64,000 bases of DNA from Selaginella moellendorffii (taxonomy: Eukaryota > Plantae > Lycopodiophyta): assembly GCF_000143415.4 (NCBI RefSeq), contig NW_003314366.1, forward strand, positions 1-64,000, written 5' to 3'. The position numbers and the translations under genes were made by a program. How positions within the stretch are numbered: position 1 is the stretch's first letter; every line of letters begins with the position of its first letter. Shown piece after piece: positions 60,006-64,000 of this stretch. Under the pieces are notes generated by a model. That model saw only the letters and a program-made list of their open reading frames with translations. It was not told the origin of the DNA and searched no databases.

Positions 60006-60700
60006 TCTGTCAGTCCCCACTAAGTCCCTTTCTGCCCCTGGCCGTGTTTGCCAACACTGCCACTGGATCGAGACCCACAGGCCCGACCACTAAGTCCCAC
60101 GGTCCTCTGGGACTTCCTCACCACACGAGTGTGTCCTTGGTCACTACCCCAGAGGACTGCTCCTCTTCCTTTCCACAGTCTGGGCCTTTGGGACAACATT
60201 TCGGAACACCGTGGCCTTACACGAGCCACCTGGGTACTCTCCTCGCCTTCTGCCCTTGGGTGCTCTAGCCATGGGCTTAGAGCGGGTTCCATTGAGCCAC
60301 ACCAGGTATCCAAGTAGGTAGTGCCACCCACACTTGGACTGGGAGCATCGGCCAGTCGATCTCCCGGGGGAACTAGAGCCGGCTCTTGAACACTTCACCA
60401 AGCTACCCCGCTTGTCGGTCTGTGTTCACTCTAGTCTTGGACTTCCCAGTGGGCAGCTCATCACCCAACACTGGGTCCGGCCTTCCTGGGCCAAACTGGC
60501 CTTTCCTGGCCAAACTGGCTCCACTGCAGTCCTCCCCCTACTATACTTTTGGAGCTCACCAAACCCCCCAGGGTCTGGGAGACGAACGCTTTGGGCTTTC
60601 ACCCTCTCAGACTCGAACTCGGACTCGGACTTGGACTCGGACTCGGACTCGGACTCGGACTCGGACTCGGCCTCGGCCTCGGTCTCGGTCTCGGTCCCGA

Positions 60701-60738
<38 letters not shown>

Positions 60739-63700
60739 CCGGTCTCGGTCTCGACTTCGGACTCCATCTCGGGTCCATCTCGGACTCCATCTCGGACTCC
60801 ATCTTGGACTCCATCTCGGACTCCATCTCGGGTCCATCTCGGACTCCATCTCGGACTCCATCTCGGGTCCATCTCGGACTCCATCTCGAGTCCATCTCGG
60901 ACTCCATCTCGGACTCCATTTCGGGTCCATCTCGGGTCCACCTCGGACTCCATCTCGGACTCCATCTCGGACTCCATCTCAGGTCCATCTCGGACTCCAT
61001 CTCGGGTCCATCTCGGACTCCATCTCGGGTCCATCTCGGACTCCATCTCGGACTCCATTTCGGGTCCATCTCGGACACTTCCACGTGTCATGTGTTGGTC
61101 CTTTTGGGTCCCTTTTTGGAGCCTCGCTTTTTGCTCACTTCGTGCTCGTTCCTCGAGCACTTCGTTGGGAGTTCCACTCCCGCTCTTGACTTTTCAAGTC
61201 GGAGCTTTTGGTCCAAACGTGTTACGCTCGTTTGGCTCTCGCTTCGGCCACTACCACGTGGCGCCCTTCCGGCTCCACTTTGGGGCCTAGGGATTTTGTG
61301 TCTCACAACTCCACCACCCATAGACGAAGTTCGATGTCCTCATCGAACGGTAAACCGTTTTGTAAAGTAACACTCGCATGTGTTGCCATTTCCATCCTTG
61401 GCACCTAGCCAATATTTGTCAATGGTTTGACATTGAAGGCTCACCATGCCTTCTCCATATTCGTCAATGGTGTGACATTGAAGGCTCACCATGCCTTTTG
61501 CATATGCCTCAATGGTTTGACACCAAAGGCTCACCATGCCTTGCCTATCCTCTAAGGAGGGTAGTCTCTCCAACTTAGAGACTGATTGGACCACATGTAG
61601 TGGTTCTTTCCTTTTATTGGTTTAGTTCTCGCTAAACCTCTTAGAGATCCTTTTTTAAGTCAATCCCACTACTCCTTCTCGAGTAGTCTCAATTTCCATC
61701 CATTGAACATTTGCACCTTGGAACTTTTACTCTTTTGACTTTTGGAAGTCAATTTCCTAGGTGTCTCCAACACCTTGCATTGCACAGATTGTGCAACTCC
61801 ACTTCCCCATCCTAGGAAGCTTATTACTTGAGGGCACCATCATCCTCTCTTCTATTTCGTGCCACCTTGGGCACTAAGTTCCATTTATCATACTTTGTGC
61901 TAGGGCTGTCCATCGCCCTATCATTTGGCTACCTTACCGCTCCCTCCCATGGAGCTTCCACTTTCGCCAAATCAGAGCAATTCGGAATTCATCCTTGGAA
62001 ACACACTTCCTTTTCCGGAATTTGTTAGCGTCCAACACATTAGTGTTCCTCGCCTAACTTTGTCACTTGGATTCCTTCCAAGGGATTCCACGGCCCTATC
62101 TTGGCCACCCATCTTTTGCTCCTATCCGTTGATTGTTGCACCAAGCAACATCGAATCTCTACCTCCCTCCTTGAGGTATTCTTTTGATTCCATAGCAAAG
62201 GCTCTGCTTTGCCAAGACTAGGGTGTTCGCCCCTAGTAAGTCTCTTTAGCATCTTCTGTTGTGGGCTCTATCCACGGCCCAACTTTGTGACCCTCCCATG
62301 GGTCTCTTTAAAGACTACTTTCCTTGGACACACTATGCCATCGCAATGACATAGCTCATTTCCCTAGGGTGCTTTTCCCACTTGGTCACCTTGACCAAGC
62401 CACACCATCATTAATAGTTCAAATCAACACTTTGAACTAGGAACCTTATTCCTTAACCCAAACAAGGACCTTGTCCTTATTTAGCCACAAGATCACCTAG
62501 TGATCTCACCTCGGCACCTTAACAGGTTTGCCAATAGGTACTAGGTCTTCCAGACCTTTAATTGGTTAACTACAACCCCGGGGGCATCCCCCACACTTGG
62601 CGGTGCGCCCAAGCCAGCCCTTTCGGCCAAGGGTCCATAGCAACTGAGATTAGGTGTTCCCATCTCACTCACCACGTCCTTGGTGCCACTTGCACCAAAG
62701 CGTTCAAGTTAGATATGCCGAGCTTTCACACTAAGCAATCTAACCATGCATCACGACTCCGAGGCATCCCTCGCTTGGCGGTGTGCCCAAACCAGTCTCC
62801 CCACTGAGAGTCCATGACCACCGAAATATGAGTGTCCTCATATTCCAAACCATCACCACGCCCTAGTGATTTGGGACTCGAACCCAAGCACTAGAGGGTC
62901 GGGACTCGAACCCAACCTCTGTATATGCATCTACGGACGGCATCACACAAGATGCCTGGCGTGACTCCCCACGCCGGTGCACCAACTTTTATTTAAAGCG
63001 CGCTACAAATCACAACTTAGGAACCTAGTTCCCCCGCACTGCCAAGTCCTCTCACTTGGCAAGCCTGTGATCATGCATGGACTCCTCCATGCTTGGCCCC
63101 ATGGCCCACCCTTTTTGAAGTTATCACCTTCAATTAGGGTATTTGTTCCCCTGACTTGCCAATCTCGCTTGGCAAGTCCTCCGACCACTGTAGCATGGTT
63201 CCTGCATAAGCGTGAAAGTCCTTGACCATCGACTTTCGTTCAAAGCCCTCTCTTTGAACACTCAGGAACTACTTCCCTAACCTTGATAGCCTTGCCTCAT
63301 GGCAAGCTTCAAGACCACGCTTCTGCTGCGCCACTCTGATTTCGCGCGTTCCATGAACCATTTACACTTGGCCTTTCTAGGTACTAAGCTACCTAGAATC
63401 GTCTTTGGGAACCTTGAAGGAACTCTGTCCCTCAGCTTGCTAAGGCCTCCCTTTTTGCAAGCCTTCCAAATGCCACATAGTCTAACATGGACAATTCCAT
63501 AACTTAGACTCTCCATGGCATCACGGTTGCTAGCGGCAACACCCTCGAGCCCCCACTTGATTCTCCACTCCCAGCTGGCATAACCAACCTTGGTTATGCC
63601 CTTCGATTTCTATGGTTCAGTTCCATCCCAATACTACTTGCCTTTTGGCCCCATATGTTTCCTTTGGTTATTCTCCTCCAGACCAGGAGGATAGCTTTGC

Positions 63701-64000
63701 ACTTTCTATCATGCCTTAGCAAGTATTCTTAGGGATGAACCTACCCAATAGCCCAGGGAGTGGTTCCTCAATCCGGGTATGCTCACCTTATAGTCCCACA
63801 CACTGGGATTACATTGTTGCTTATGGGCCTTTACATGCCCATCACTAGCCTTGCCAAAATTCCATTTTTGGCTTTGTCCAACTCGGGTAGACAGTCCTCT
63901 CTTGTCTCCGCAACCTTGGACATTTGGATAGCACCTTCTATCCATCATTCGTTAGGGACTTAGTCCCTTGGGCTTTATCCATTGCCCTTGCGACATCAAA
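60006..64000 (-). mobile_element. LTR family B copy (3' LTR cut at the transposon TIR, plus internal region)
   Basis: Reverse complement of about 18471-22415 with few differences. Confidence 0.9.

Overview
Left chromosome end of a land plant with Arabidopsis-type (CCCTAAA)n telomeres. Short 40-60 bp introns and telomeric Penelope-like elements suggest a Selaginella-like lycophyte (inference). 1-6.75 kb: telomeric tracts alternate with a ~225-bp structured module (minimal type I hammerhead ribozyme, hairpins, telomere-like 3' tail) that is the 3' end of an endonuclease-less Penelope-like element (PLE); two L1/Tx1-type LINE copies end directly in telomeric repeats. 6.9-8.7 kb: degenerate Crinkler-type P-loop NTPase gene. 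10.6-31.5 kb: nested, rearranged Gypsy and Copia LTR elements. 28.9-45.3 kb: giant inverted duplication centred on a 5'-truncated PLE reverse transcriptase; each arm carries an NTPase/PD-(D/E)xK nuclease gene, a CDKAL1/MtaB pseudogene and a Copia fragment, and further mirror-image blocks lie at 45.4-46.0 and 60.0-64.0 kb. 46177-60005: 13.8-kb DNA transposon with 24-bp TIRs, an intact 1022-aa Sola-like DDE transposase and a divergent multi-exon gene region (ParB-like domain, degenerate amino-methyltransferase fold, FCP1-type HAD phosphatase). This element carries about 30 copies of a 22-bp palindrome (ATGGCRTG-N6-CAYGCCAT), often one per intron. The best candidates for new biology are this ParB/parS-like transposon, the ribozyme-bearing telomere modules and the PLE-centred palindrome. 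All domain calls come from motif recognition by eye, with no database search.
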